This document shows, piece by piece, positions 1-13,740 of a stretch of 64,000 bases of DNA. Below the pieces are notes generated by a model, which was not told the DNA's origin, did no database searches, and worked only from the letters and a program-made list of their open reading frames with translations. The translations under genes were made by a program, and so were the position numbers. The DNA comes from Camelus ferus (taxonomy: Eukaryota), in assembly GCF_009834535.1 (NCBI RefSeq), contig NC_045696.1:70434001-70498000 (forward strand), written 5' to 3'. Positions within the stretch are counted from its first letter, which is position 1. The number at the start of each line of letters is the position of its first letter.

Positions 1-550
1 TGTATAACTATTTGGCACAAGACGCCTAGCTTTTGGCCTATCTTGGTTTTTGACAAGATCGTCTCACTAAGCTTAATCATTTGTAGCTTTGGATTTAAAG
101 TGAGAGACACGCAGCTCTTCCTTTCACTAGAACACTTAGAGGCCGCTGTAGGGTTATCAACTGGCCTATTTTCAAAATTTTCATGTCTCAGGGAATAGGG
201 AGGCCCAAGGAGAGGGAGAGAGAGAGGGGAACTGCTGGAGGGGGAGCAGTCAGAACACACACAACATTTGTCTATTAAGCACGCCGTCTTATGTGAGTGT
301 AGTTTGTGGCTCCCCAAAACAATTACAATAGCAACATCAAAGATCACTGATGTAATAATAATGAAAAAGTTCGAAATATTGTGAGAATTACCAAAATGTG
401 ACACAGAGACACAAAGTGAACAAATGCTGTTGGAAAAGTGGTGCCAACAGACTTGCTTGATGCAGGGTGGCCACAAACAGCCAATTTGTAACAAAATACA
501 GTACCCGCAAAGTGTAATATAGAAAAGCACAATAAAACAAGATATGCCCG
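1..550 (-). mobile_element. Tigger1 DNA transposon, 5' part (cut by window edge)
   Basis: The reverse complement resembles the Tigger1 left end (CAGGCATACCTCGTTTTATTG-like terminus). TA follows at 551-552. Confidence 0.85.
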
Positions 551-552
551 TA

Positions 553-3500
553 CACACGGACCATTTACCAACACAGGCCATTTTCTGGCGATAAAACAAT
601 TTTCAATCAATTTCAAAGAATTCAAGTCATACAAAGAGTGTTCTCTGACCATAACAGAGATAAATTAGACATCAATAACAGAAAGATCTCTGGGAAAATG
701 TTCAAATTTTTAGGAACTAAGTAACACACTTCTAAGTGACCCATGGATCAAAGAAGAAATCAAAAGGAAATAAAAACACCCATAATTATGAAGAAACAAG
801 ATGTGAATAGGCCGATCACTAGTAAGAAAACAGTCAGTTAAAAAAACAAAAACAAAAAAACCCCCAAACCTACAACAAAGAAAATCCCAGGACCAGATAG
901 TTTCATTGGTGAATTCTACCAAACATTTAAAGAATTAACGCCAATCCTTCTCCAACTCTTCCAAAAAACTGAAGAGGAAGGAACACTTTCGAACTCATTT
1001 TAGGAGGTCAGCATTAACCTGAGAAGGGCACTTCAAGAGAACAAAATTAAAGGCCAGTATCCCTAGTGAATATGGATAGAAAAATCATCAACAAAATACT
1101 AGCAAACCAACTTCAACAGCACATTAAAAGGATCATACATCATGATCAAATGGGATTCATCCCCGGGATGCAAAGCGGGTTCAACATACACAAATCAATA
1201 AATGTGATAAACTGCATTAAGAGAATTAAAGTAGGGCATGATCATCTCAACTGATTCAGAAAAATCATTTGGCAAAATTCAACACCTTTGCTGATTAAAA
1301 ACACTCAACAAACTAGGATTGGAAGGAAACTACTTCAACATAAAGCTTCTATGTAGAAAAACACAGCTAACATCACACTCAATGGTGAACCTGAAAGATA
1401 TCTCTCTAAAATCAGAAATAAGACAAGAATGCCTGCTTTCACCACTTCTATTCAACATATTATTAGAAGTCCTAGCCAGAGCAGTTAGGCAAGAAGAATA
1501 AAGGGCACTCAAATTGGAAAGAAACAAATAAAATTACCTCTGTTTGCATATATGATCTTATATGTAGAAACATCTAAATTTAAATTCCACAAAAAACCTG
1601 TTAGAATAAACAAATTAAGCATAGTAGTAGGATACAGAATAATACACAAAAATCAGTTGTGTTTCTATATGCTAATAATAAACAATCCAAAAAGGAAATT
1701 AAGAAAATAATTCCATTTACTATAGCATTAAAATGAATAAAATACTTAGGAATAAACTTAACTAAGGAGGCAAAAGACTTGTATACTGAAAACTACAAAA
1801 TATTGCTGAAAGAAATTAAAGAAGATAAATATAAATAGAAAAACATTCTGTGTTCATGGATTGGAAGATTAAATATTAAGATGTCCACACTATCCAAAGT
1901 AAGCTATAGATTCAATGCAATCCCTATTAAAATCCCAATGGCATTTTTTGCAGAAATAGAAAAATCCACCCTAAAATTTATATGTAAGCTCAAGGGACCC
2001 TGAGCAGCAAAAACAATCTTAAAAAAAGGACAAAGTTGGATGTCTCCTACTTCCTGATTTCTAAACTTACCACAAAGGTACAGCAATCAAAACAATGTGC
2101 TACTCAAAAACAGACACAGACCAGTGGAAAAGAATAGAGAGCCCAGAAATAAAACCACACACCTACAGTCAGTTAATCTTCAACAAAGGAGGCAAGAATA
2201 TACAATGGAGAAAAGACAGTCTCTTCAGCAAGTGGTGCTGAGGAAACCAGACAGTCTCATGTAAATCAGTGAAATTGGAACACTGCTTCACACCATACAC
2301 AGAAAAACTCAAAATGGCTTAAAAACCTAAATACAACACATGACACCACAGAACTCCTAGAAGAGAAGATAAGCAAAACATTCTCTGACATGAATCGTAG
2401 GAATATTTTCTTAGATCAGTTTCCCAAGGCAAAAGAAACAGAAGTAAAAATAAACAAATGGGACCTAATTAAACTTAAAAGCTTTTGCACAGCAAAGGAA
2501 ATCATAAACAAAAATAAAAATACAGCCTATGGAAGGGGAGAAATATTTGCAAATGATGTGACTGACAATGGATTAATTTCCAAAATATACAAACAGCTCA
2601 TACAACTCAATATCAAAAGAACAAACAACCCAAGTAAAAAATGGGCAGAAGACCTAAAAAGACATTTCTCCAATGAATACATACAGATGGCCAAAAGGCA
2701 CTTAAAAAGATGCTCAACATCACTAATTATTAAAGAAATGCAAATCAAAACTACAATGAGGTTATCACCTCACACTGGTCAGAAGGGCCATCATCAAAAA
2801 GTCTATAAATAATAAATGGTGGAGAGGGTGTGGAAAAAATGTAGCCTCCTACACTGTTGTTGGCAATGTCAATTGATGCAGCTAATATGGAAAACAGTAT
2901 GAAGATTCCTTAAAAAACTAAAAATATAGCTACCATATGATCTAGCAAACCCACTCCTGGGCATGTATCTGGAAAAGATGAAAATTCTAATTCAAAAAGA
3001 TACATGCACCCTAATGTTCACAGTGGCATTTACATTAGCCAAGACATGGAAGCAACCTAAATGTCCATTGACAGATGAATGGATAAAGAAGATTTGGTAT
3101 ATGTATAAATATACACACAACAGGCTATTACTCAGCCATAAAAAAGGATAAAATATTACCATTTGCAGCAACATGGATGAACCTAGAGATTATCATACTG
3201 AGTGAAGTAAATCAGACAAATGTTACATGATATTTTTATACACATCTTCATAAAAGCTTTATCCATAAAATCCAGGAACTAAAGAAGTCCAAATGTCTAT
3301 CAACAGCTAAAGTCATAAACAAATTATGGTATATCCATAAAATGAAAACATTACTCAGCAGTAGAAGGAATGAACTCTTGATATAGCAATGTGGACGAAT
3401 CTCAAATAATTATGCTGAGTGAAAGAAGCCAAACCAAAAAAGTGTACATACTTATGGTTCCATATATCTCAGTTCTAGAAAATGTAAATTAATCTGTTAT

Positions 3501-4350
3501 GGCAAAAAGCCAATCAGTGGTTTCCAGGCAACACGAGGAATTGAGTAAAATTTTCATGGTGATGGATAGGGTTAGTATCTTGAATGTACTGATGGATTCC
3601 CAGATATATACATATGTTACACTTCATGCATAATTTATTTTGTATCAAATATACTTCAATAAAGCATTTAAAGAAGTCTGTAGAATACAGCTAAAACAGT
3701 GCTCAAAAGAAATTTATAGTTTATGCTATTCTGGAAAATAAAGGTTTAACATAAAGAACTCAAGCTTCCAATTTAAGAAGCTAGAAAAAGATCGAAGTAA
3801 AACCAACTAAGTAAAAGGAGGAAAATAATAAGCATAAATCAATGCAACTGAAATCAAACAAAACAGAGACATTAACGAAGCCAATGTTGGTTTTTTGAAA
3901 ACATCAACAAAATCGATAAATTGCTTTTTGGAGTGATCAAGAGAACATAAATTACCAAAATTCGAAATGAAAAGGACATATTACTGCCTGCAGCATTACT
4001 TACAGACACTTAAAAGACAATAGTGGGGAGGGTATAGCTCAAGTGGTAGAGCTCATGCTTGACATGCACTGAGGTCCTAGGTTCAATCCCCAGTACCTCC
4101 TCCAAACAGAAATAAATGAATAAACCTAATTACCACCCCCTCATAAAAAAAGACAATAGCTTAAGAATAATTTTATGGCAATAAATGAAGAGGACACATT
4201 CCTTAAAAAACAACTTACAAAAATGGACCCAAGACAAAACAGGAAATATGCATAGCCCTGTATTTACTCAAGAAATTGAAGTTGTTATTAAGTCTTCCCA
4301 CAAAGAACTCCCAAGTCCACCTGGTTTCAGTAGTGAATTCTAGCAAATAG
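553..4350 (+). mobile_element. Composite of degraded L1 pieces (ORF2 endonuclease/RT/C-terminal fragments and 3' UTRs)
   Basis: ORF2-like peptides ([81 protein letters not shown]) broken by stops and frameshifts. Confidence 0.92.
4024..4147 (+). mobile_element. tRNA-derived SINE (camelid vic-1-like)
   Basis: A box TAGCTCAAGTGG at 4035-4046, B box GGTTCAATCC at 4080-4089, A-rich tail. 12-bp TSD AAAAGACAATAG at 4012-4023 and 4148-4159, at a TT/AAAA site. Confidence 0.9.
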
Positions 4351-5792
4351 TAAGTACACAGAGACTCACATATGAAATCAGAATATCAACTTATTAACCT
4401 ACATGGAAAAATAATTATAAGTAGTTCAATACATACTAGATACTATCTGTCTAGAACGACATAGAAGAGATATAAGTACTGGGAAAGCAACTGAACTCAA
4501 GTTCACAAGCCTCTTCCAATTCTAACAGTCTATTTCTAAGAGCCTACAGTATAGATGATAAAGACATTGCCTATCACTGTGACACCAAGCTATTCAAACA
4601 GGACCATGCCACAGCCTTTTTTGCCTTTTCCCTCTGACTTTCAGAATAACTTTAGAAAACATACCTCAGCTCAGGGATCAAAACTGCTGGCTGTCCAGAC
4701 TGTCCTTTCAGATCTAGCAGGTCCACAAAAATTAGACTTGAAAGTCTTTGCTCTAACATACCATGATATTAATACTCTGGAATTTACTCCAGATGTATGA
4801 TGTAGCTTGCTAAACGTGATCCAATTTTAACTCCTGGTATGCTCTTTTGAAAACAGAAAATACATTTTCAAAGCAAAGTAGATATTTAAGCTTAAAAAAA
4901 TGACCTCATGAAAGGATCTGCAGACTTTTTAAAACAAGCCAAGAACTAAATGTGGCGCTGGACAATTTATCTGAGAAAGCTGTTCTCTAGAGATTAAGTC
5001 AGAGAGTGTTTGAAGTGGCAACAGAAATGGTTTGGCATCATTTATGAAAGGTCTTATTTTTCATTTAACAGGATTCCTTCTGGAAATGCCTCAGGCAATG
5101 CAGCTTAAAAGAGACACTTTAAATCCAGGTGTGCAGACACTAGATCTGGGGATACAAATGATATAGTAAGCCATGGCCTTAATAATGCTAAACTTTTGTG
5201 ATCTTTGTTAATAAAATGATTCCTGACTTAGAGAAGCAATCTGATCTGAAGTTTAATAGCAACAGGAATACCTTTCTTACCACCTTGCATTTTTTTTTTT
5301 TTTCAAAAAAGCCTTGACTTTTCTGATTACCAAAGGAATACATGTTCACTAATGGAAATTTAGAAAGTACAAAAGAGCAAAATAAAACAAATAAAAATGA
5401 CAATCTATCCACACAGCAATAACTATTAACATTTGGAATCACACTGTTTTGTGATCTTTTCATGTAACATATTGAGAATGCTTATTTCACCAGATTAATA
5501 TTCTTTGACAACATGATTTTTCTTGGCTATAAGCCGTCTGTTCATTGCATAGGTATACCATAACTAATTTAACCAAGTATTGGGAGGTTATTGGGACATT
5601 TAGGCTTGTTCTAAAATTTTTTAATTATTTAAAAAATGCTGTCATAAGCATCCTTGTGTAACACTTGGCACACACTCTTCATGTTATTTCCACTGCATGG
5701 CATTCTTACATGATTCCCTGCTTATCTGTCCCTGCTTCTAAGGGTGTGGGCATTTATAAACATGTAGCAAATTTTTCTCCTGACAAGTAAGA

Positions 5793-6047
5793 TGGATCCA
5801 CAAACCTTTTTCTTATAATTCTAAAGTCCAAAAAGCTCTGAAGCCCAAAATGTTTCTTTTTAAAAACTTTTGGCACCAAAAGTTATCTAACATCAAAACC
5901 TGACCTGAACTGAAGTGAGGCTATTAATAGTTTTTATTTACCCTACATAAGCATGTGGTTATGGAATGTTGCCCTAGATTCCCGCCACTCCCGCCCCCTG
6001 CTCTGGGAATGTTATATAACATACAATATATGCACCATATTACCTTT
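5793..6047 (+). mobile_element. MER46C-like DNA transposon, 5' part
   Basis: Contains AAAACCTGACCTGAACTGAAGTGAGGCTATT and GCACCATATTACCTTT, as in the recalled MER46C consensus. Confidence 0.7.
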
Positions 6048-8914
6048 ATTTAGTACTTCAATGACGCCGTTTTATTGTCCTCTAGTTCCCTTCCCCCTTT
6101 TCATTAGAAGTCGCTCATTGTTACTGTCTTACTTCAGGCTGCTTTTAAGATTTCCTCTTTATCTCTGGTTTTGGGAGTTTGATTATGCTGTGTCTGAGTG
6201 TGGTTTTCTTTGTATTTATCCCACTAACTAGTCTGCTGAGTTTTTGGACATATGGGTCAATTTTTTTTTTTTTTTACCAAATGTGGGAAATTTTTAGTCA
6301 TTGACCACTCCCCCTACCCCAGACTCCTCTCTCCCCCCTTGCTTTTTAGAATCCTAGTGATATGTATGCTAGACTCCTTGATATTATTTCACAGGTTACC
6401 AAGGGCTCTCTTCACTTATTTTCAAATCTTTTAGTCTCTGTGCTTCAGTTAGGATTATTTCTATTGAACTGTCTTCAAATTTACAGATAACATTTATCTC
6501 AGTGTTAAAAATGTTGATATCTAATGAAATTTTCATCCTAGATTTTTTTTAGCTCCAGAATTTAAATTTGGTTTTATTTTATTTTAGAGTTTCCATCTAT
6601 CTGCTGGGATTTCCCTATGTACTCAATATTCTGCTTTAACATATTTAACATATTTATAATTTTTAAAGTCCTTGACGGCCAATTCCAATATCTAGGTATC
6701 CATAGGTCTGCTTCTACTGATGGTTTTTTCTCTTAATTTTAGGTTACATTTTCCTTCTTCCTATTGAGCCTATGATAGTTTGTGTTTTGGCTTTGTTAGA
6801 AAGCATTTAGTCTTGGAGTAGCCCTTAGTCCTAGGGCATGGTCCTGCTGCAGCTTCAATACAACAGCTGAGGTGTTTATCATTGCCTCTAATTTGGCAGA
6901 ACTCGCACAAATTCAAATTCAACACTATGCTGCTGATATTTCTATTCAGTTCCTTAGTTCTCCTGAGGCTACTTTCTGCCTGGTTTCTTGAAGTATGGTT
7001 TTGTATATGCAATTTAGAAACCTATAAAAATAATTTTGGGCTCTCTCTCCACTGAGTCCCTTATTTCTGAGATTTCCTCTCTCAATTTACAGCTGCTTTG
7101 GTAGTCTTGAACTGTTTCTTCATCCTAGTAAGAGTACTACTTTATGTTTAAGCTCTGTTCCCCCAAGGCAAACTGAGAAGTGCCCCACGGGTCAGGGTTA
7201 GAAAAGCTGCTTAAATATACAGCTCCCCTAGTTTGCTTCCCTTCTTTGAAGGTTGTGTTCCCAACAGTTTCTGCCTGCTTCTGGTTGCTCTCTAAACAAT
7301 TTTGTCTCCATTATTGTTATTGGTAGAAGGGTTGTCCAATTCAGGCTGCCCTGCCATTGGAATTCTGTATTACATTTCTTCAGATATTTTTTTCTATGCT
7401 ATCCCTGCCCCTACTTCTTCCAGAACTACAATTACATGTATATTTTGCTACTTGAAGTTGTTCCATAGTTCACTGGTGCTTTATTCATTTCTTCTCAGTA
7501 TATGTTTCATTTGGGATAGTTTCTATTACAGCACAGTCAAGTTCACTAATCATTTCTTCTGCAATGTCCATTATGCTGTTAATTCCACCCATGTGTTCTT
7601 CATCTCATACATTGGAGGTTTAATCTCTAGATGTCTGACTGGCTCTTTATAACTTACATATCTCTAATGTGTTCAACCTTTCTCTAGCTTTTTGAACATA
7701 TGGAATACAATTATAGTAACTATTTCAATGTTCTTGTCTACTAATTCTATCATATTTGCCATTTCTCGTTCTATTTCAATGAACTGGTTTTTTAAAGACT
7801 GTTTTTAAAGAGCACTTTTAGGTTCACAGCAAAACTGAGAAGAAGGCATAGAGACAGTGCATATATGCCATGTTCCCACAGATGCATAGCTTCCCTTATT
7901 ACCAACATCTCCCACCAGAGTGGGACATTTGTTATAACTGATGATACATTACATCAACACATCATTATCACTCAAAGTCCACAGTTTACATTAGCATTCA
8001 CTCTTGGTGTTGCACATTCCATGGCTCTGAACAAATGTGTAATGACATATATCCACTGCTATAGTATCATACAGAGTAATTTCACTGCCCTAAAAATCCT
8101 GTTCTACTTATTCATCATTCCTCCCCTCTCCCTGGAAACCACTGATCTTTTTACTGTCTCCATAGTTCTTCCTTTTCCAGAATGGCATAAAATTGATTTT
8201 GTTTCTTTTTATGACTTGTATTTTGCTGCTTTCTTGCATGCCTTATAATTTTTCATCAAATGCCAGGCACTGTAAATTCTACTTTGTTTGGTTATTTTCG
8301 TAATCCTTAACATATTCTTGAACTTTGCTCTGTGACATTGTTAAAATACATGGAAATAATTTGATGTTTTTAGGTTTTGCTTTTAAGTTTTGTTAGGTGG
8401 GATCAAAACAGCAGTTAGTCTAGGGTTAACTTTTCCCCCAATATTGAGGTCAAAACCTTTGTCAGTACTCTCAGTGCTGCCCTGTGAATTATGATGTTTT
8501 CCAGGCTGGCAATATTCCTGATTCTATATGAATCTGGGGCACTGCTACCTCTAATACTTGGAGTGGTTCTTCTTCTGGCTTTGAGTAGTTTCCTCATACA
8601 CATGAATAGGTTAGTATTCAACTCAAAGTTGCCTTCTGCAATTTCTGGAGCTCTCTATCTGCGTAGCTCTCCCCTGTTCAATACTTTGGTCCTGTGAACT
8701 CCAGCCACTTGTCTTCCCTGGACTCTGAGCTCTGTCTCAACTCAGAGAGACTGATGAGTTCTGCCTTGATTCTTCTTCCCTGCTGTTTCTCAGGGGTCAT
8801 TCTCCTTCACTGCTTGAGGTCAAATGTCTTGAGAATCATTGTTTTATATGTTTTGTCCATTTCTCCCCCCCTCCCCAAACTCCTAGTGCATCCTGTCAGA
8901 AATGCAAGTTCCTG
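6048..8914 (-). mobile_element. Old L1 5'/ORF1 fragments with a nested L1MC-type 3' end (~7785-8190)
   Basis: T-rich antisense L1 sequence. 7785-8190 has the TTTAGGTTCACAGCAAAA...ACCACTGATCTTTTTACTGTCTCCATAG signature of L1MC1/2 3' ends. Confidence 0.7.
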
Positions 8915-8995
8915 TATTACCTTTCTGAAAAATAAAATTCTGAATTCTGAAACATATCTGGCCAAAGGGATTTGGTTTAAGGGACTGTGGACTTG
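8915..8995 (+). mobile_element. MER46C-like DNA transposon, 3' part
   Basis: TATTACCTTTCTG...ATTCTGAATTCTGAAACATATCTGGCC...AAGGGACTGTGGACTTG followed by TA. Confidence 0.72.
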
Positions 8996-9519
8996 TACAA
9001 ATATGCATTTCCACTAGTAGTGCATAAAAGTAACTGTCTCCTTATATCCTTATCAATATAAATGCATATGTATTATTTAATATATGCCAGTTCAATACAT
9101 ATTTTTAAAAATTTGCCAGTATAATGTAAAAAATCGCATCATATTGCTCTTTTAACTAGTATTTCTTTGATCACTGGTAAAGTTAAACATTTTTTCACAT
9201 TTTATCAGGCAATAAAAAAATTTTTCTTAATGTCCTTTGTCCATATTTCCATCAAAGCATTAGTTTTATGTAAATTCTGGAAACACTTTCTTGGTACTAC
9301 TGCCATCCATCGATCCCTTGGATACAAGCTTTTTCTGGATCAAGTGAAATGAACAAATTTATAGAACTTTAAGAATCTGATTGTTACACTGCTCTGGCAA
9401 AGAGGTGGAGACTTGGCTGGTAACAGAGGTGTGGCTGTCTACCCATTTTCCACAATCAAAATCAATGGATGGATGGTATCAATCCCCTTGTTTTAAACCC
9501 TTCTTATTCTTTAAGAATA

Positions 9520-10050
9520 TAAATTAAACCTTTTACTTGAGTCTCACAGGCTAATAAGGATCTAGCCTGGCCTACCTCTTGAACCTCATTCCTTGCCATG
9601 TTCTCCTTTAGTCACTATGTTCCAGACTGATCTTTTTTCCGTTCCTTGAACAAGTTACTGCCCTCATCAGTTCCTTTGTGTTTGCTGTTCTCTTTTGCTT
9701 GGAATGTTCATCCCAAGGCTGTACCTTCTTATCCTTCAGATCTTAGCTAAAACATCATCTCTGCAGACAGATATTCCCTGACCACCTAATCCAAAGTAGC
9801 TTTCCCCTCTGTTCTTCCTATACCATTCTGTTCTTTCCCTCTACAGCACTCACATACCTATTACAATTTGAAATTATAGACTTGATAGTTTGTTTATCTA
9901 GTTACTGTCTAGCTCTCTTACTAGATGGTAAGCGACATAATGTTGGGAACTGTTTTTTGTTGTTGTTGTTCACCAATATATACCTGGTACCAAGAATAGT
10001 GTTGGGCCCAAAGTAGGCATACATTATATACTGGTTGAAGTAATGAATCA
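9520..10050 (+). mobile_element. L2 3' fragment
   Basis: Pyrimidine-rich L2 body (CCCTGACCACCTAATCCAAAGTAG) ending in a GTAGGCA...TTGAAGTAATGAAT tail. Confidence 0.7.
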
Positions 10051-12619
10051 GTTAATACTAGGGTATAATAACAAGATTATTGGAAAAATGGGCAAAAGTC
10101 TCCTCAAAAAGATTCATTTATATTAGGATCACTTATCACCTCTCTGCACTTCTGAGATATATTAATCTTCATTTAATTTGTAAATTTAATTTAGAATATA
10201 TTCTTTTGAGAAATGCTACTATCACCAAACTGAAACCTCATTTTTTAGCATTTAATTTGAATCTAACATATTTGTAACAGGGAGCTAATATTCTTTTAAA
10301 ATGGACAAATGAAAACAGGGTATTAATAGCAATGTTACTATTTCATTAAACAGCATGTAAACCAAATCTCTAATTTATAGTGAGAATCCAAATAAATAAG
10401 CACTGTACAGTGGTTAATGGAAAATGATGACCAGTGAGCATAAATAAATGTCATTTACTGAATAATTTCTTGGAAGTTGTAAACACTTCCATCTGACATT
10501 ATTTCTAAATTTACCCCAAAGACAAAACATTTCTTAGACAACTCTGAAAACCAAGAAATAAAACCAACTCCAAGTGCCAGGGAAAATATCAGCTTATTTC
10601 TTTTAATTCTCTCTGCTGTAATTATTAAAGGATGAGTAGGGAGCTATATGCTTATTTCCAATTCCCTTCTTCTTCAGATATTCACCTCTTACTGAAAAAA
10701 CAAAACTCTGATATTTGACTAATATTCCTAGTTCTCTACTAAGAAAGAATGATATATCCAAATCTTAAAAGATATTGAGCAATACATAATAAACTTTCAA
10801 ATGAGTCTCTAAATGCTCTTGTTTATTTAAGCTTTAAAAGAAGTAACAACTGGAATGTTTCTGGTACATAATATGTTAGCTTATTACTTATTATTAGCTC
10901 TTAGCCCTGTTAATAATATACTAATGTTAAAACTAAAATCTCGTAAATCTTTGGTTATACTTCTTTGAATTTATATGAAGTTGTCTGTTGACCAAGAATT
11001 ACCATTTTTAAAGTGAATAGCAAGTTAATTTCTTCTCATACTAATCAATGCCAATGAAGATGATTATTTGCTACTATAAATTTAATGAAAGAACAATCAA
11101 AGAAAAAAGTACTCTATTCTAATCTACTAGAATATTTCTTGAGAAGATATAATAGCATGATGAGTACTTCAGCTGAAATTAGTTTCTCCAGTGTATTTTA
11201 TCTGTGGGTAATATGGAGAGAAAGCAAAACAGAAAATCAGACCTGCAAGGTCTACTCTTTGGACCTACATTTCAGACTGAACTACTGTAAGCTTTGGGGG
11301 GAAGGGAGGAGAGATAAGGAAAGAAAGAAATTTGAGTCACTTCTTTTACATTTGCTTGCAAAGAATAAAATACTTATTCCAGAGGAAAGCAGGCTTTCTA
11401 GGGGAATAACTCCTATCAGACCTGCTGAGAGGCAATTGATCTGTCAGAGTTTTTGGTTATATATATATTGACCAGTTGTGAAAAACAGAAATGAGATTAA
11501 GAGATGCAAGAAGAAAGACTTTATCCACCCAAACCACAATTTGAGGGTAACTGTTGCGTCCTGTTGAGTCAGAATCAGTAATTGAAGAAGTAAAAGTCAA
11601 GCTATAGAAAAGGATGAACTAAAAAGCTATTTGATAGAAGGATCACATTACAAAGGCAGTGAGAAGCTTCAAATGCATCTGGTATCTACTGGGGCAGAAA
11701 GCAGCAGGTGGAAGCTAACCTGCAATCTCAGCTTGATTTTGGAGTCACTGGGGCAGTCACCTCTGCTTCCTTCTGTGTACTGGTTAGGAACTTAATAACC
11801 AAAGCTGACAGATTTTCAAAGAAAATTAAGAGAGCAAAGTAGAACTTTCATGAAGTTAAGTTTGATAAAAACTATCATATATAGACTTAGTATTATCATT
11901 TAAAATTCTCTTACAGTTAAAAATGTGAATGGCTCATACAACAGTAAGAAATCTTAATTAGCACAGCCAACATGGTATGATATATTTTAGAAATCAGCTT
12001 TACTAGGTTTCAATAAAGCCAGAATGCTAAAAATAGAACAGACTGGAGGCAGAAAACTGAGAGTGATGATGATTCTAAAAACTTGAATTCAAATATTGGC
12101 CCTCCCTCTCTGATCTTCATACAGTTCCTTCAGCTAAGGTTGTTGTGAAGATTAGCATAAATACATATAAACCATATATTTGATAAATTTCATTTTCTCT
12201 TTCCTTGTGTTACTAAACCACTAGATCTTTTTACAGTATCTTAGTAAGAAAAATAAAGGAGACAGACAGCTAGAGGAAAATTTAAGAAATCCAAAATAAT
12301 TCTCCTCCTAGCTTACTTCATTATCAGGAAGAATCAAACAGAGATTTTTAAGAGGATCTGATTAGTAATCTCACTGGAGTTTCCTAAAGAATAAAAAGGT
12401 TGAATCACCTCTCCTGCCCTGCAGACTGGGATAGCCTCAGAAATAAAGCTGCCTTTAATGTACAGGTCCAATTTCAAAATAATTTCCCTTCTCTCAGTGC
12501 TCTGAGAGAAGGCAGGAGGAAAGTCAATAGATTATTGTCTTTCTTCATTGTGTGAGATGTGGGGATGTGGGAACATGGCAACCAATGTAATATAATTGGC
12601 TTCAAAATTCAAAACGCAT

Positions 12620-12816
12620 CCGTGAAAAAATTCTCAGTAAAACATGAAATAAAAGGAACTTCCTAAACATGATATAAAGGTTATAGACAAAAATCCTATA
12701 GTTATCATAATATTTAATGAAAAATTGAACACCTTCCCCCTAAGATCAGTAACAAGTGCAAGGATGTCTATCCTCAACATTCTCATTCAACATTGTACTG
12801 GAGGCCAATGCAATGA

Positions 12817-12872
<56 letters not shown>

Positions 12873-13740
12873 AAAGATGTAAGATTGAAAGGAAGAAATA
12901 AAACAGTCATTATTTGCATATGATATGATTGTCTCATGCAGAAAATACCAAAGAATCTATTAAAAAATATTAGACTAGTAAGTAAGCTTAGTGAGGTCAC
13001 TGGTCACTGGATACATGGTCAATACGCAAATATAAACAGTATTTCTATATTCTAGCAATGAACAATTAGGAACTGAAATAAAAAACAGTAAAAATTCAAT
13101 AGCATCAAGTCATTAAATACTTAGAAATAAATCTTACAAAACATACACAGGATTTATATGCCAAAAACTACAAAACAATGATGAAATAAATCAAAATGAT
13201 TTAAATAAATTGTGAGATATACCATGTTAATGGACTGGAAGACTCAATATCATTAAGCTGTCAACTCTCCCCACCTGATCTATATATTCAACACAACCCC
13301 AGTAAAATCCCAGCATGATTTTTTTTGTAGAAATTAATGAGCTGATTTTAAAATTTATATGGAAAAGTAAACAGAATAGCCAAATGTGAGAAAGAAGTTT
13401 AAAGTTGGAAGACTCACACTACCTGATATTCAGATTTATTACAAAGACATTATTGGAGAAAAGATAAATATATAGATCAATGGCATAGAATAGAAAGTCT
13501 ACAAATAGACCCACATACGTGGTCAATTTATTTTTGACTAAGGTACAAAGGCAATTCAATGGATATCCATATGCAAAAGAAAGAACCTCAATCCTTATCT
13601 CATGTCCTACTGAAAATTAACTCCAAATGCATCAGTAGTTGCCAGGGGTTGACGGTGGGGGGAGAGGCTGACTACAAAGAAAAGTGGTTGTCAAAACTTG
13701 CAGAAGGTGAATTTTGCTGTTTAAAAATTATGTATTAGAA
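12620..13740 (+). mobile_element. Old L1 ORF2/3' fragment
   Basis: L1 RT-region sequence (CCCCTAAGATCAGTAACAAGTGCAAGGATGTC...; ATGGACTGGAAGACTCAATAT). Confidence 0.85.
12815..12874 (+). repeat. (GAAA)15 microsatellite inside L1
   Basis: Direct count: 60 bp, perfect. Confidence 0.97.

Noticed and set aside
1066..3174. L1 ORF2-like ORFs as functional genes (also 27444-28182, 40839-41039, 43888-44109)
   Set aside because: Short fragments broken by stops and frameshifts. No intact L1 is present.
4025..4100. tRNA gene call for the SINE heads (also 16240-16303)
   Set aside because: They have A/B boxes but also A-rich tails and TSDs and no clean cloverleaf, so they are SINEs.
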